Source: an uncultured Armatimonadetes bacterium
Lineage (GTDB): Bacteria; Armatimonadota; Hebobacteria; Hebobacterales; Hebobacteraceae
DNA length: 64,000 bases
Assembly (NCBI GenBank): GCA_963716175.1
Contig: OY970296.1
Coordinates: 4,160,001-4,224,000, forward strand
Direction: 5' to 3'
This document shows positions 30,552 to 39,426 of the stretch, in pieces. A program made the translations under genes and the position numbers. Within the stretch, counting starts at the first letter, position 1, and every line of letters begins with the position of its first letter. The notes beneath the pieces are model-generated. The model was given only the letters and a program-made list of their open reading frames with translations, had not been told where the DNA came from and did not search any database.

Positions 30552-31142
30552 GTGCTGATTCCCAAGACCAGGGGCGAGATCTGGTTGAACCGGGTGCGGA
30601 TCTGGCTGCCCCCGGTCTTCGTGCTGGCGGCGGTGGCGCTGCGGCGGCCGGCATGGCATCTCTGGGGCATTCCACTGGTGATAGCAGGAGAGGCGCTGCG
30701 CACGTGGGCGGCCGGGCACCTGCTGAAAGACGAACAGCTCACAGTGGGGGGACCGTACGCGCACGTCCGCAATCCGCTCTATCTGGGGAGCCTGCTGTCC
30801 GCGGCTGGCTTTCTGGTGATCATAGGGGACTGGTGGTTGGCGGCGGCGTTCGCGGCGATCGCGCTGGCGGTCTACCTTCCCACGGTGAGGCAGGAGGAAG
30901 GCTATCTGCGGCGGATGCACGGGGAGGCGTTCGATCAGTACCGCAGGGCGGTGCCGGCGATCATCCCACGGTTGCGAGCGGCGAGGGTCACGGAGCTAGA
31001 GGGCAGGAGGCAAGCCCCTGCCCAACGGCATCTTCGCAGCGGCCGGTTCGAGTGGCAGTGGGTATGGTTGAACAAAGAGCACCGGACCTGGGTGGCGCTG
31101 GTGCTGGTGTTCGCGTTGCTGGCCGCGCGGGCGCAGTGGTAG
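30552..31142 (+). CDS. Isoprenylcysteine carboxylmethyltransferase/PEMT family membrane protein
   Basis: GPYAHVRNPLYLG, EEGYL, YRRAVPAIIP. Confidence 0.85.
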   Translation: MLIPKTRGEIWLNRVRIWLPPVFVLAAVALRRPAWHLWGIPLVIAGEALRTWAAGHLLKDEQLTVGGPYAHVRNPLYLGSLLSAAGFLVIIGDWWLAAAFAAIALAVYLPTVRQEEGYLRRMHGEAFDQYRRAVPAIIPRLRAARVTELEGRRQAPAQRHLRSGRFEWQWVWLNKEHRTWVALVLVFALLAARAQW

Positions 31143-31255
31143 GGGCGCAATTCATTGCGCCCGCAGGGGCGTGATGAATCACGCCCCTACAGCTGATGCA
31201 GATTGGCAGGGGCAAGCCCCTGCCCAACGGGGCATATGCACTCAACTGCTCTGCC

Positions 31256-32146
31256 TCAGGCGCGGCGGCGGCCGATGGCGGTGAAGATAGCGGACTTGGT
31301 CTGGGCCTTGATGGGGATGGCGAAGCCGATACCGATGTTGCCCACGCCGCTGGGGGAGAAGATGGCCTGGTTGATTCCCACCACCTCGCCGTCGGCGTTG
31401 ACCAGCGGGCCGCCCGAGTTGCCGAAGTTGATGGCGGCATCGGTCTGGAGCAGATCGCGGTAGGCCTGCTGGCCCTCCTCCTGCCTCACCACCCGGCCCT
31501 TGGCGCTGATCACGCCCACAGTGACGGTCTGGCTGAAGCCGAAGGGGCTGCCGATGGCGATGGCCCAGGCGCCCACTTTCACCTTGTCCGAGTCGCCGAG
31601 CTGAGCGGCAGGAAGCTGCCGGCCCGAGTTGATCTTGACGATGGCCAGGTCCTCGCCCACGCTGTCGCTGATAAGGGTGGCGGGGTAGCTGGTGTTGTCC
31701 GGAAGGGTGACGCTGATAGTTGGCTGGCTGCCCGCCTGCTGGACCCCGGCGATGACGTGGGCATTGGTGAGAATGTAGCCGTCCGGGCTGACGATCACAC
31801 CCGAGCCCAAGCTGGAGACCTTCTGCACCTGGGTGTAGGGTCGGAAGGGCCATTCATCACTGAAGGGATCGAAGTTGAAGAGATCGAGGCCCCACGCCCG
31901 TCGCCTGATCTTCTGCTCGGTGTTGATGTTCACCACCACCGGGCGGACCTGGGCCGCGACCTCCGAGAAATCGAAAGGGATGGCCGCGAGGCGGGAAACG
32001 GGGGCCTGGGCGGCCGCGGCATGGAGACCGAAGAAGAGGGCCAGCGCGATGAGGCCGCCGAGCACGGCGCTGGTAACGAGCAGCAGCGCGATGGGAAGGC
32101 TGCGGGGACGGGCTTCCCTGCTGCCCATGGGCGAGATCACAGTCAT
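31256..32146 (-). CDS. HtrA/DegP-like trypsin serine protease without a PDZ domain
   Basis: TM anchor; GSGVIV, TNAHV, DLA, QTDAAINFGNSGGPL; GGAGGTG SD. Confidence 0.9.
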   Translation of the reverse strand: MTVISPMGSREARPRSLPIALLLVTSAVLGGLIALALFFGLHAAAAQAPVSRLAAIPFDFSEVAAQVRPVVVNINTEQKIRRRAWGLDLFNFDPFSDEWPFRPYTQVQKVSSLGSGVIVSPDGYILTNAHVIAGVQQAGSQPTISVTLPDNTSYPATLISDSVGEDLAIVKINSGRQLPAAQLGDSDKVKVGAWAIAIGSPFGFSQTVTVGVISAKGRVVRQEEGQQAYRDLLQTDAAINFGNSGGPLVNADGEVVGINQAIFSPSGVGNIGIGFAIPIKAQTKSAIFTAIGRRRA

Positions 32147-32267
32147 GGCAGTCACCTCCGGGAGTTTAGACACAGTGTACCACGCTGGGTTCTGCTGAAC
32201 GGGAGGGAACGGGGACAGCACAGACGCAGGCTGGGAGCCTGCGCTACCAACGAGCCTGCGCTACCGG

Positions 32268-32930
32268 TCAGCGGCGGTCGGGAGGGAACAGCTCACCGAG
32301 CGCGGCGGCCATCTCGTCGCTGGCGCGCTGAAGCAGCTCGCGGGTGGGACGCTGACCGTGGAGATGGGCGAGGTCCAGGGGCGGGCCGAAGCGAACGCGG
32401 AGCTTGGCCGGGCGCGGGATCGGGCGGTGCCGCGGCAGCAGATGATCGGCGCCGCAGATGGCGATCGGGACCACCTGGGCCCGGGAGGAGAGGGCGATGA
32501 AGGCGGCGCCGTGCTCGAAGGGCTTGAGCCGCCCGTCGGAGCTGCGAGTGCCCTCCGGGAAGATCAGCAGCACCTTGCCCGCGCGCAGCAGGCGCACCGC
32601 CTGGCGCAGCGCCTCTCGATCACCGGCCTGGCGGCGCACCGGGAAGGCGTGAGTGCGCCGGATCAACCAGCCCAGAACGGGGTAGTGGAAGAGCTCGGCC
32701 TTGGCCATGAAGTGGACTGGCCGGGGAGAGGCGGTGCCCACGATGGGAGGGTCAGCGTAGCTAGTATGGTTGGCGATGAGCAGCAGCCCGCCGGCCCGCG
32801 GCATCAGCTCCCCTCCAGTCACCTCCCAGCGGTTGAAGAGCCGGAAGAAGATGGCGAGCAGCACTCTGGCGATGGCATAGAGGGGAGCTGCTCGCTCGCG
32901 CGCTGCTTCAGCGGGGTCAGCCGCGGTCAT
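32268..32930 (-). CDS. plsC: 1-acyl-sn-glycerol-3-phosphate acyltransferase
   Basis: NHTSYADP, MAKAELF, FPEGTRS. Confidence 0.9.
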   Translation of the reverse strand: MTAADPAEAARERAAPLYAIARVLLAIFFRLFNRWEVTGGELMPRAGGLLLIANHTSYADPPIVGTASPRPVHFMAKAELFHYPVLGWLIRRTHAFPVRRQAGDREALRQAVRLLRAGKVLLIFPEGTRSSDGRLKPFEHGAAFIALSSRAQVVPIAICGADHLLPRHRPIPRPAKLRVRFGPPLDLAHLHGQRPTRELLQRASDEMAAALGELFPPDRR

Positions 32931-34228
32931 CGCGCCTCCGAGCTGGGCCGTGGCTCTGGCAGGCGGTAGACGTAGGTCACGCTCACGACTCCGGTGACGG
33001 CCACCAGCAGGAAGAGGGCCTGGAATGGCAACACGCCAAGCATCCAACCACCGAGCAGGGGCATCAGGACGGTGGGAGCGGCGAGGGTGGACTGCAAGCC
33101 GAGGAAGAGCGGCCTGATCTGGGCGGGAGCGATCTCGAGCACGTAATTGGTGAAGCCCATCCACATGCCTCCCCAGATCGCTCCATTGAGCAGGAAGACC
33201 AGGCAGTAGAGATAGGCGACGTCTGTCGCGCCCATGATAGGCGCCAGGGCCGAAACCAGCAAGGCCGCCGCCGGGACCGCGATAACGAGCCAGGAGACCG
33301 CGCGAATCACGGCGGTGCTGCCGAGGCGGTCGCTGAGGTAGGCCCAGATGAAGCTGGCCCCGACCGAGCCGATGGTGCCGGCCCAGATGAAGAGGCCGCC
33401 CACGGAAGCTGGCAGGCCCAGGCGCGAGTGTGCGTAGATGGCATAGAAGGGGACGGCGAGGCCGGCCAGGCCGCAGAGGATCTGGCCCACGATCACCCGG
33501 CGCAGACGCGGGTGACGGCGGAGAGTGGAAGGGATGGCGCGCAGCAGACGAGGGAGCGACTGGGCCTCCTCGACGGTCGGGCCGCGCGGCTCCCGGATGA
33601 GGGCGAGGCAGATGGTGGAAAGCGTCATTCCGATCACCAGGAAGATGAAGAGCCGGCCATAGTTGTGTGGGAAAGGGAGAGAGCTGTTCGACAGGATGGC
33701 GCGCACTACGGCGCCCGATCCCACCGCCAGCAGGCCGCCGAGGAACTGCATGGAGCCGAAGAAGCGGCCCCGGAACCGGGCGGGGATAGTGCGGCCGATG
33801 ATGTCATGCCAGGGCACGCCAGAGAAGCCGTCGCCGAAGAAGAAGATGGTGAAGCCCAGCATCAGGACCAGCAGCAGCCCGCGGGGGTGGGAGGCGGCCC
33901 AGTCGAGGTTGAACACGATGGCGAGGCCGAGGAAGGGCAGCCGGCTGATCAGGCAGGGATACAAGACGAAGGGCTTCTTGCGGGGCCGGTGGAGCACGAA
34001 GCTGGCGGCGAGGAGCTGGGGGATGAGCCAGCCCGCGCGCTGGAGCGCGCTCATCAGTCCGACGATCAGCTTGGAGTCGCTGAGGTCACTGAGCAAGACA
34101 GGCAGGACGACCACCGGATCCAGGAAGGCGAAAGCGCAGAAGAAGAAGCTGGCATCGAGGACAATGACGGCGAAGTTCCAGCGGAGGTGGCGCCACTCTG
34201 GTGAGGCGAGCTTGCCGTCGTCTGCCAT
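32927..34228 (-). CDS. MFS transporter
   Basis: About 12 TM segments, RGRFFG, LSDRLG. Confidence 0.88.
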   Translation of the reverse strand: MADDGKLASPEWRHLRWNFAVIVLDASFFFCAFAFLDPVVVLPVLLSDLSDSKLIVGLMSALQRAGWLIPQLLAASFVLHRPRKKPFVLYPCLISRLPFLGLAIVFNLDWAASHPRGLLLVLMLGFTIFFFGDGFSGVPWHDIIGRTIPARFRGRFFGSMQFLGGLLAVGSGAVVRAILSNSSLPFPHNYGRLFIFLVIGMTLSTICLALIREPRGPTVEEAQSLPRLLRAIPSTLRRHPRLRRVIVGQILCGLAGLAVPFYAIYAHSRLGLPASVGGLFIWAGTIGSVGASFIWAYLSDRLGSTAVIRAVSWLVIAVPAAALLVSALAPIMGATDVAYLYCLVFLLNGAIWGGMWMGFTNYVLEIAPAQIRPLFLGLQSTLAAPTVLMPLLGGWMLGVLPFQALFLLVAVTGVVSVTYVYRLPEPRPSSEAR

Positions 34229-34282
34229 GCCGTAAGTGCTCGCGGGAGGCGAGCGCTCCCGAGGAGGTGGGGCGCGGGCCGC

Positions 34283-34534
34283 TCAGCCGGAGGGGGCGGA
34301 CCTGAACGCAGACTCCAGGTCCGAGAGGGAGCTCTCGATGACCTTGATCCGGTCCTGGCAGCGCTGGAGCAAGCGGCTCATGCTGCGCGCGGGATCGCGA
34401 TAGCGCAGCAGCCAGACCATGCCGGCCACTCCCAGCGCCAGCCCGGCCGCGGCCGCCACCCAGAGCCAGGCGTGATGCTCTTCATCCTCCCAATCAGAAT
34501 GGGCCACCGCGCGCTCCGCTGTGCTGATGATCAC
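34283..34534 (-). CDS. Small single-TM hypothetical protein with coiled-coil tail
   Basis: WLWVAAAAGLALGVAGMVWLL then heptad-like IKVIESSLSDLE. Confidence 0.55.
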   Translation of the reverse strand: MIISTAERAVAHSDWEDEEHHAWLWVAAAAGLALGVAGMVWLLRYRDPARSMSRLLQRCQDRIKVIESSLSDLESAFRSAPSG

Positions 34535-34619
34535 GTATCGAAGTAATGGACGCCGGGCGTCTCAGCGCCCTCGGAAGCGCCCTGAGGGGTTTCGCCATCA
34601 CTTCGTCGGGCGAGACCCG

Positions 34620-35033
34620 TTACAGCTCCCAGGTTTTCTCTTGATCCGAGTACTCGTCGGCGCCGCTGAAGATGCGCTTGACGAAAGTGATCAGCTCCAG
34701 GGGGTTGAAGGGCTTGGTGAGGTAGGCGCTGACCCCAGAGGCCCAGCCCCGGAAGACGTCGGCGTCCTGGGCCTTGGCGGTGAGCATGATCACTGGCACC
34801 TCGCGCGTCTCCGGGTTGGCCTGGAGGCGCTTGAGGACCTCGAACCCATCCATCTTCGGCATCATCACATCCAGCACCACCAGGTCCGGCTTCTCGCTCT
34901 CCACCTTCTTCAGCGCCTCCGGACCGTCGAAGGCCGTGACCACCTGGTAGCCGGCCCGTTCCAGGTTGACCTGGATCAGCCGCACGATGTGACGCTCGTC
35001 ATCCACGGCCAGGATCTTCTTAGCTAGTGGCAT
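34620..35033 (-). CDS. Single-domain response regulator
   Basis: AVDDE, LDVMMPKMDG, MLTA, KPF. Confidence 0.93.
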   Translation of the reverse strand: MPLAKKILAVDDERHIVRLIQVNLERAGYQVVTAFDGPEALKKVESEKPDLVVLDVMMPKMDGFEVLKRLQANPETREVPVIMLTAKAQDADVFRGWASGVSAYLTKPFNPLELITFVKRIFSGADEYSDQEKTWEL

Positions 35034-35210
35034 GGGCCCGAACCTTCCTTGGCGGGCTGGGGTGGTAGACCGCAGCTGCGGTCGCGATGCGTGCGGGCAG
35101 GTGGCGTGGCTAGGCCTGCCTAGCAGGCCGCCACCCCGGCCGCCTGAGGCGGCCTAGGGGGACCCGCCCTACCACTCTCGGCCTCTAACCTATTCCCCAG
35201 AGGGCGGGAG

Positions 35211-35240
35211 AGTATAACATGGCGCGCGCGGCAGTGTCAA
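35211..35240 (-). promoter_or_regulatory. Sigma70 promoter of the response regulator operon
   Basis: TTGACA-18bp-TATACT with extended -10 TG. Confidence 0.7.
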
Positions 35241-35349
35241 CGCTGCGAGGGCCATCGGCCCATGCGGGCGCTTGCTTCGCCAACTGTAGGGCGGCATCCC
35301 CCGATGCCGCCGGGCGGGGTCAGGGGACCCCGCCCTACAGCAGCCTCGC

Positions 35350-37344
35350 TCACCTGGGCTGGTGGTAGCCGAGCATGGCAGAGACCAGCGCCAGCGCGCC
35401 CTCGGGCACATATCCACCCAGCACCAGGCCGATGAAGGCGGGACGCAGGGTCCGGTAGAGCCTCCAACCTCCGTAGCGACGCACCAGGGTGCTGATGGTC
35501 CAGGCGATGAGCGCGTTGAACCAGACCCAGTTATCCGTGGACCAGCCGCTGGCGATCAGGAAACCGACCGGGCTGACCGGCCACCAGACGAACCGGCCGT
35601 GCATGAAGATGAGGCCGAACATGAAGGCCCCTCCGATCGCCAGCGCCAGGCGCAGCCAGTTGTCGGGCAGCTCGGGGGAGTGCAGGCTGCTGTCCAGCTC
35701 ATCGAAGACATCGCGGGCAGGAGCGGCGATGGGCCAGTCCGGGAGGGTCGCGGCCCCGTAGTGATAGCAGATCCAGAGCATGGTGGGAAAGCCCACGGCG
35801 AGCATGGTGACCGCGGCCAACACCCCGGCCCAGGGAAATCGCCTGGCCTCCACTCGGCCGCCGTGGAGGAGCTTGAAGCTGTTCATCGCCTGCGCCATCA
35901 GCACGATCCGCGGATCGTACATGTAGATGGTGGAGAGGTAGCTGTAGACGGTAAGAGAGACCGGCCCCACCGCGGCCGCGCCCAGCGTGTGCATCACCAC
36001 ATGGCGCGGGAAAAACCCGGTGTCCACGTGCGTCACTCCGGCTGCGGCCACCAGGCGGGAGACCCCGATCATCACAGTGTAGAACAAGGCCATGATCAAC
36101 ACGAACGGCCACCACGGCATCCCGGTCTGCAAAGCCCACCAGAGCATGAAGGCATTGGCGAGCAGCAGGCCCAGCAGGGCCCAGGACCCGGACATGGGCG
36201 CGTAGGGATCCGGCGGCAGGCGAGCGCGCCCGAAGGCACCTCGCCAGGCCGCGCGCAGGGCCTCCCGAGACTGATACAGCACCACCGCGCTGAGCGCGAT
36301 GAAGGCGCCTGCTTCCTCCATCCCGATGAAGGTCTGGGCGGAGAAGGAGACTACGGCCGAGCCCCCCTCAGCGACCCCGAAAGCCGCCCACACCAGTCGC
36401 TGGACGTCGTAGAGGAGGTAGAAAAGCCAGAGGCTGAGAGAGATCTCTCCTGGCAGCAGATAGAAGATCCCAATCAGGGGGAGGGTGATGGAGAGATGAG
36501 TCCCGGAGGAGAGCACGTTCCAGGGCAAGCCCAGGCCAGAGAACGAGCGGCCCAGATCGAATTCGGCCAGCTCTAAGGTGGGCACGCTCGGATAGAGGCG
36601 GTTGAGCCAGCCCAGGAGCGCAGGCACGGCGGGGATGGCGAAGCCGATCCAGAGGGCGCGATTCCTCAGGCTCTGCCCGAGCGTGGGGTGCGGGTCACTG
36701 CCGGTGATGGCAAGAGGAATGTCAACCAGCGGATAGGAGAGTTTTTGGCGCTCGATCCAGTCTCTGGTGAGGAGGGAACCGAGGCAGAACATGGCGGTCC
36801 ACAGGGCGATGGTGAAAGCCGACCATCCCACCACGGGCCAGGTCCAGGCGCGCCAGGGGACGCCAACCCCGCGGGGCGAGCCCTCCCAGTACCAATCAAC
36901 AGCTTGCTGGCTGCCGAGCCGGAACCAGAGTGGGAGGGAGGGCCACATCCGGTGCTGCCAGTCATTGGAGGGACTGGCCATGTAGATGGGCCAGGTGGTG
37001 GCTCCGGTGATGAACGGCAGGCCGCCCTTGTAGAGGAACTGCACCACCATGATCACCATGGCATAGGTGACAAGCAGCTCGACGCGGGTGAAGGACCGCC
37101 CGGGAAGGAGCCGGACGAGAGCGCCGTTGATCAGCACCAGCGCGAAGAGAGTAACCACGGCAGTGGCGGGCAGGGCACTGCCGCCGGGGTCCCAGGTGCG
37201 GCTGACCGCTCCCAGGTAGGGGCTGAGAAGAGACAGCAGGGCCACGGTGAGAGTGCCGATGAGCAGCGCGCGCAGGGATATCGGCAGGGCCTTTACCCCG
37301 CGGGAAGATGCGGTCTGCGTCTGCCCATCGCTGTTGGCAAGAAT
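35350..37344 (-). CDS. DUF6785/DUF6784 (OPT-like) polytopic membrane protein; probable ATT start
   Basis: ELLVTYAM, DWIERQKLSYPL, WWPVSPVGF, YGGWRLYRTLRPAFIG; paralog of 58614-60574. Confidence 0.8.
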   Translation of the reverse strand: MLANSDGQTQTASSRGVKALPISLRALLIGTLTVALLSLLSPYLGAVSRTWDPGGSALPATAVVTLFALVLINGALVRLLPGRSFTRVELLVTYAMVIMVVQFLYKGGLPFITGATTWPIYMASPSNDWQHRMWPSLPLWFRLGSQQAVDWYWEGSPRGVGVPWRAWTWPVVGWSAFTIALWTAMFCLGSLLTRDWIERQKLSYPLVDIPLAITGSDPHPTLGQSLRNRALWIGFAIPAVPALLGWLNRLYPSVPTLELAEFDLGRSFSGLGLPWNVLSSGTHLSITLPLIGIFYLLPGEISLSLWLFYLLYDVQRLVWAAFGVAEGGSAVVSFSAQTFIGMEEAGAFIALSAVVLYQSREALRAAWRGAFGRARLPPDPYAPMSGSWALLGLLLANAFMLWWALQTGMPWWPFVLIMALFYTVMIGVSRLVAAAGVTHVDTGFFPRHVVMHTLGAAAVGPVSLTVYSYLSTIYMYDPRIVLMAQAMNSFKLLHGGRVEARRFPWAGVLAAVTMLAVGFPTMLWICYHYGAATLPDWPIAAPARDVFDELDSSLHSPELPDNWLRLALAIGGAFMFGLIFMHGRFVWWPVSPVGFLIASGWSTDNWVWFNALIAWTISTLVRRYGGWRLYRTLRPAFIGLVLGGYVPEGALALVSAMLGYHQPR

Positions 37345-37563
37345 GGCAGCCGGCTCCCTGACCGATGATCGTTCAGGAGGTGAGGAATCTGCAGAATCTG
37401 CGGATTCCCTGGCCTCGCACCAGTGCCCTGCTCAGAGAACCGGGTAGATCATCCAGCAAGGAGATGGCGGGTGGGAAGGGGAATCTTGGGTGTATTGGCG
37501 GCGGAAGCGCAGTCACTGCCCTGCAGCAGACCGCGGGCCGCCGGCCAGAATGGGAGGCGAAGG

Positions 37564-38208
37564 ATGAGACGCAGTCTGATCGTGGTGGGCATCGTCTTGC
37601 TCGTGGCCGGCCTGGGACAGGCGGCGATGGCGGCAGCGCCATCGGCTGCGCCGGCCAAGCCGGCAGCCCCAGTTTCGGCCGCGGCGACGGCACCTCCAGC
37701 CTCAGCTTCGCCGGCAGCCAAGGCGGCCCCGGCGGAGGCTGCTTCGCAGCGGCTGGTGGTCACGGTGCAGTTGCCGGCGAAGGGTGAGGGTGGGGCCGCA
37801 CGGCCCATGGGCCGGGGTGCCGGGGGCCACGGCGCCGGCTGCTTCCAGAGCCAGACCGGCGAGCTGCTGGGTGTCACCATTTCTCGGCCGCATGGATGCG
37901 TGATCGGGAGCGTGCTCCCGGCAGGGCCGGCTGGGAAGGCGGGGATCAAGCCCGGAGACAGCATCATCGCCTGCGACGGCAAGGAGGTGACTTGCCCCAG
38001 GATGCTGGTGATGGGGCTGGGCCAGCGGCCGGGTCCCAGGGAGGTCAAGCTCACCATCGTGCGCCGGGACGGCGGGCCCGCGACCGCGGGGGCGACGAAG
38101 GCGGGGGCGCCAGCAGCTGGAGCGGCTTCAGCCGACAAGGAGAAGAGCAAGCCGCGGGCGGCTGCGAAGAAGGCAAAGGCCCGGCGCCACAACCGCCACA
38201 AGAAGTAG
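37564..38208 (+). CDS. Secreted PDZ-domain protein with Ala/Pro-rich linkers
   Basis: Signal peptide; VLPAGPAGKAGIKPGDSIIACDG. Confidence 0.75.
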   Translation: MRRSLIVVGIVLLVAGLGQAAMAAAPSAAPAKPAAPVSAAATAPPASASPAAKAAPAEAASQRLVVTVQLPAKGEGGAARPMGRGAGGHGAGCFQSQTGELLGVTISRPHGCVIGSVLPAGPAGKAGIKPGDSIIACDGKEVTCPRMLVMGLGQRPGPREVKLTIVRRDGGPATAGATKAGAPAAGAASADKEKSKPRAAAKKAKARRHNRHKK

Positions 38209-38380
38209 CACAGGCTCCCAGCCTGTGTCCTGTGGGGGGCGGGCGTGCCGGACGGAGTTGACGCCGGGCGAAGCCGAAGGGCCCGCCAGAAGTGGACAAG
38301 TGCGCCGGGCAGGTCGCGGACCTGCCCTACTTGGCAGCACACGCTGTTAGCCTGTGCAGTGTTGCGGGCCGGAGGGCGGG

Positions 38381-39223
38381 ATGCAAAGGCGAGCACTGGG
38401 GAAGACGGGCGAGGCGCTGTCTCTGATCGGCATGGGCGGGATCGTGGTGTCGGAGATCCCGCAGCCGGAGGCCGACCGGATGGTCGCGGAGGCGGTGGAC
38501 CACGGCGTCAACTACTTCGATGTGGCGCCCACTTACGGCAACGCGCAGGAGCGGCTGGGGCCGGCTCTCCAGCCCTATCGGAAGCAGGTATTCCTGGCCT
38601 GCAAGACGGCGGAGCGAGACAAGGACGGCGCCAGGCGCGAGCTGGAGGCTTCGCTGCGCCTGCTGCGCACTGACCACGTGGACCTCTACCAGCATCACGG
38701 GCTGACCTCGAAGGAGGAGGTGGAGCAGGCCTTCGGCCCGGGCGGCGCGATGGAGACATTCCAGGCCGCCCGGCAGGAGGGCAAAGTGCGATTCCTCGGG
38801 TTCAGCGCGCACTCCGTGGAGGCGGCGGAGGAGGCGCTGAAGCGGTTCCCGTTTGACTCCGTGCTGTTTCCTTTCAACTTCGTGTGCTGGCACCACGGAT
38901 TCGGCCCGCAAGTGCTGGAGGCGGCCAGAGCGCGACAGGCCGGTCGGCTGGCGCTGAAAGCGCTGGCGCGGACGAACTGGCCCAAAGAGGGGAAGCGCAA
39001 GTGGTCCAAGTGTTGGTACCAGCCCTTCGACCAGTGGGCGGAGGTCGAGCTGGCGCTGCGCTTCACGCTCTCCCAGGACATCACCGCCGCCATTCCGCCG
39101 GGCGAGCCGGAGCTGTTCCGCATGGCGATGGGGGTGGCGGAGCAGTTTCATCCGCTCTCGATTGAGGAGCAGGGGCAGCTTCGGCAGATGGCCATGGGGC
39201 TGGAGCCGATCTTCCCGCAGTAG
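38381..39223 (+). CDS. Aldo/keto reductase
   Basis: RRALGKTG, NYFDVAPTYG, LRTDHVDLYQHH, GKVRFLGFSAH. Confidence 0.92.
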   Translation: MQRRALGKTGEALSLIGMGGIVVSEIPQPEADRMVAEAVDHGVNYFDVAPTYGNAQERLGPALQPYRKQVFLACKTAERDKDGARRELEASLRLLRTDHVDLYQHHGLTSKEEVEQAFGPGGAMETFQAARQEGKVRFLGFSAHSVEAAEEALKRFPFDSVLFPFNFVCWHHGFGPQVLEAARARQAGRLALKALARTNWPKEGKRKWSKCWYQPFDQWAEVELALRFTLSQDITAAIPPGEPELFRMAMGVAEQFHPLSIEEQGQLRQMAMGLEPIFPQ

Positions 39224-39426
39224 GCAGAGGCGAGGAGCGGGCGAGGAAACGGCACAGGCTGGGAGCCTGTGCTACCTCAGGACGGCTACGGTCTGCAAGT
39301 CCTGGTATCCGTGCGGCGGGCATAGGTCCCTAGGCCTGAAGGCCGGGATGGCGGCCGGCTCTGCCGGCCTAGCCAGCGGTCGCCGAATGGCGGCCTAGCC
39401 ACAGGCCCGCGCTACAGGAGGGGCGA

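Noticed and set aside
31256-38208. PDZ-less HtrA and the stand-alone PDZ protein as a split protease
   Set aside because: More than 5 kb apart on opposite strands; both architectures are common on their own
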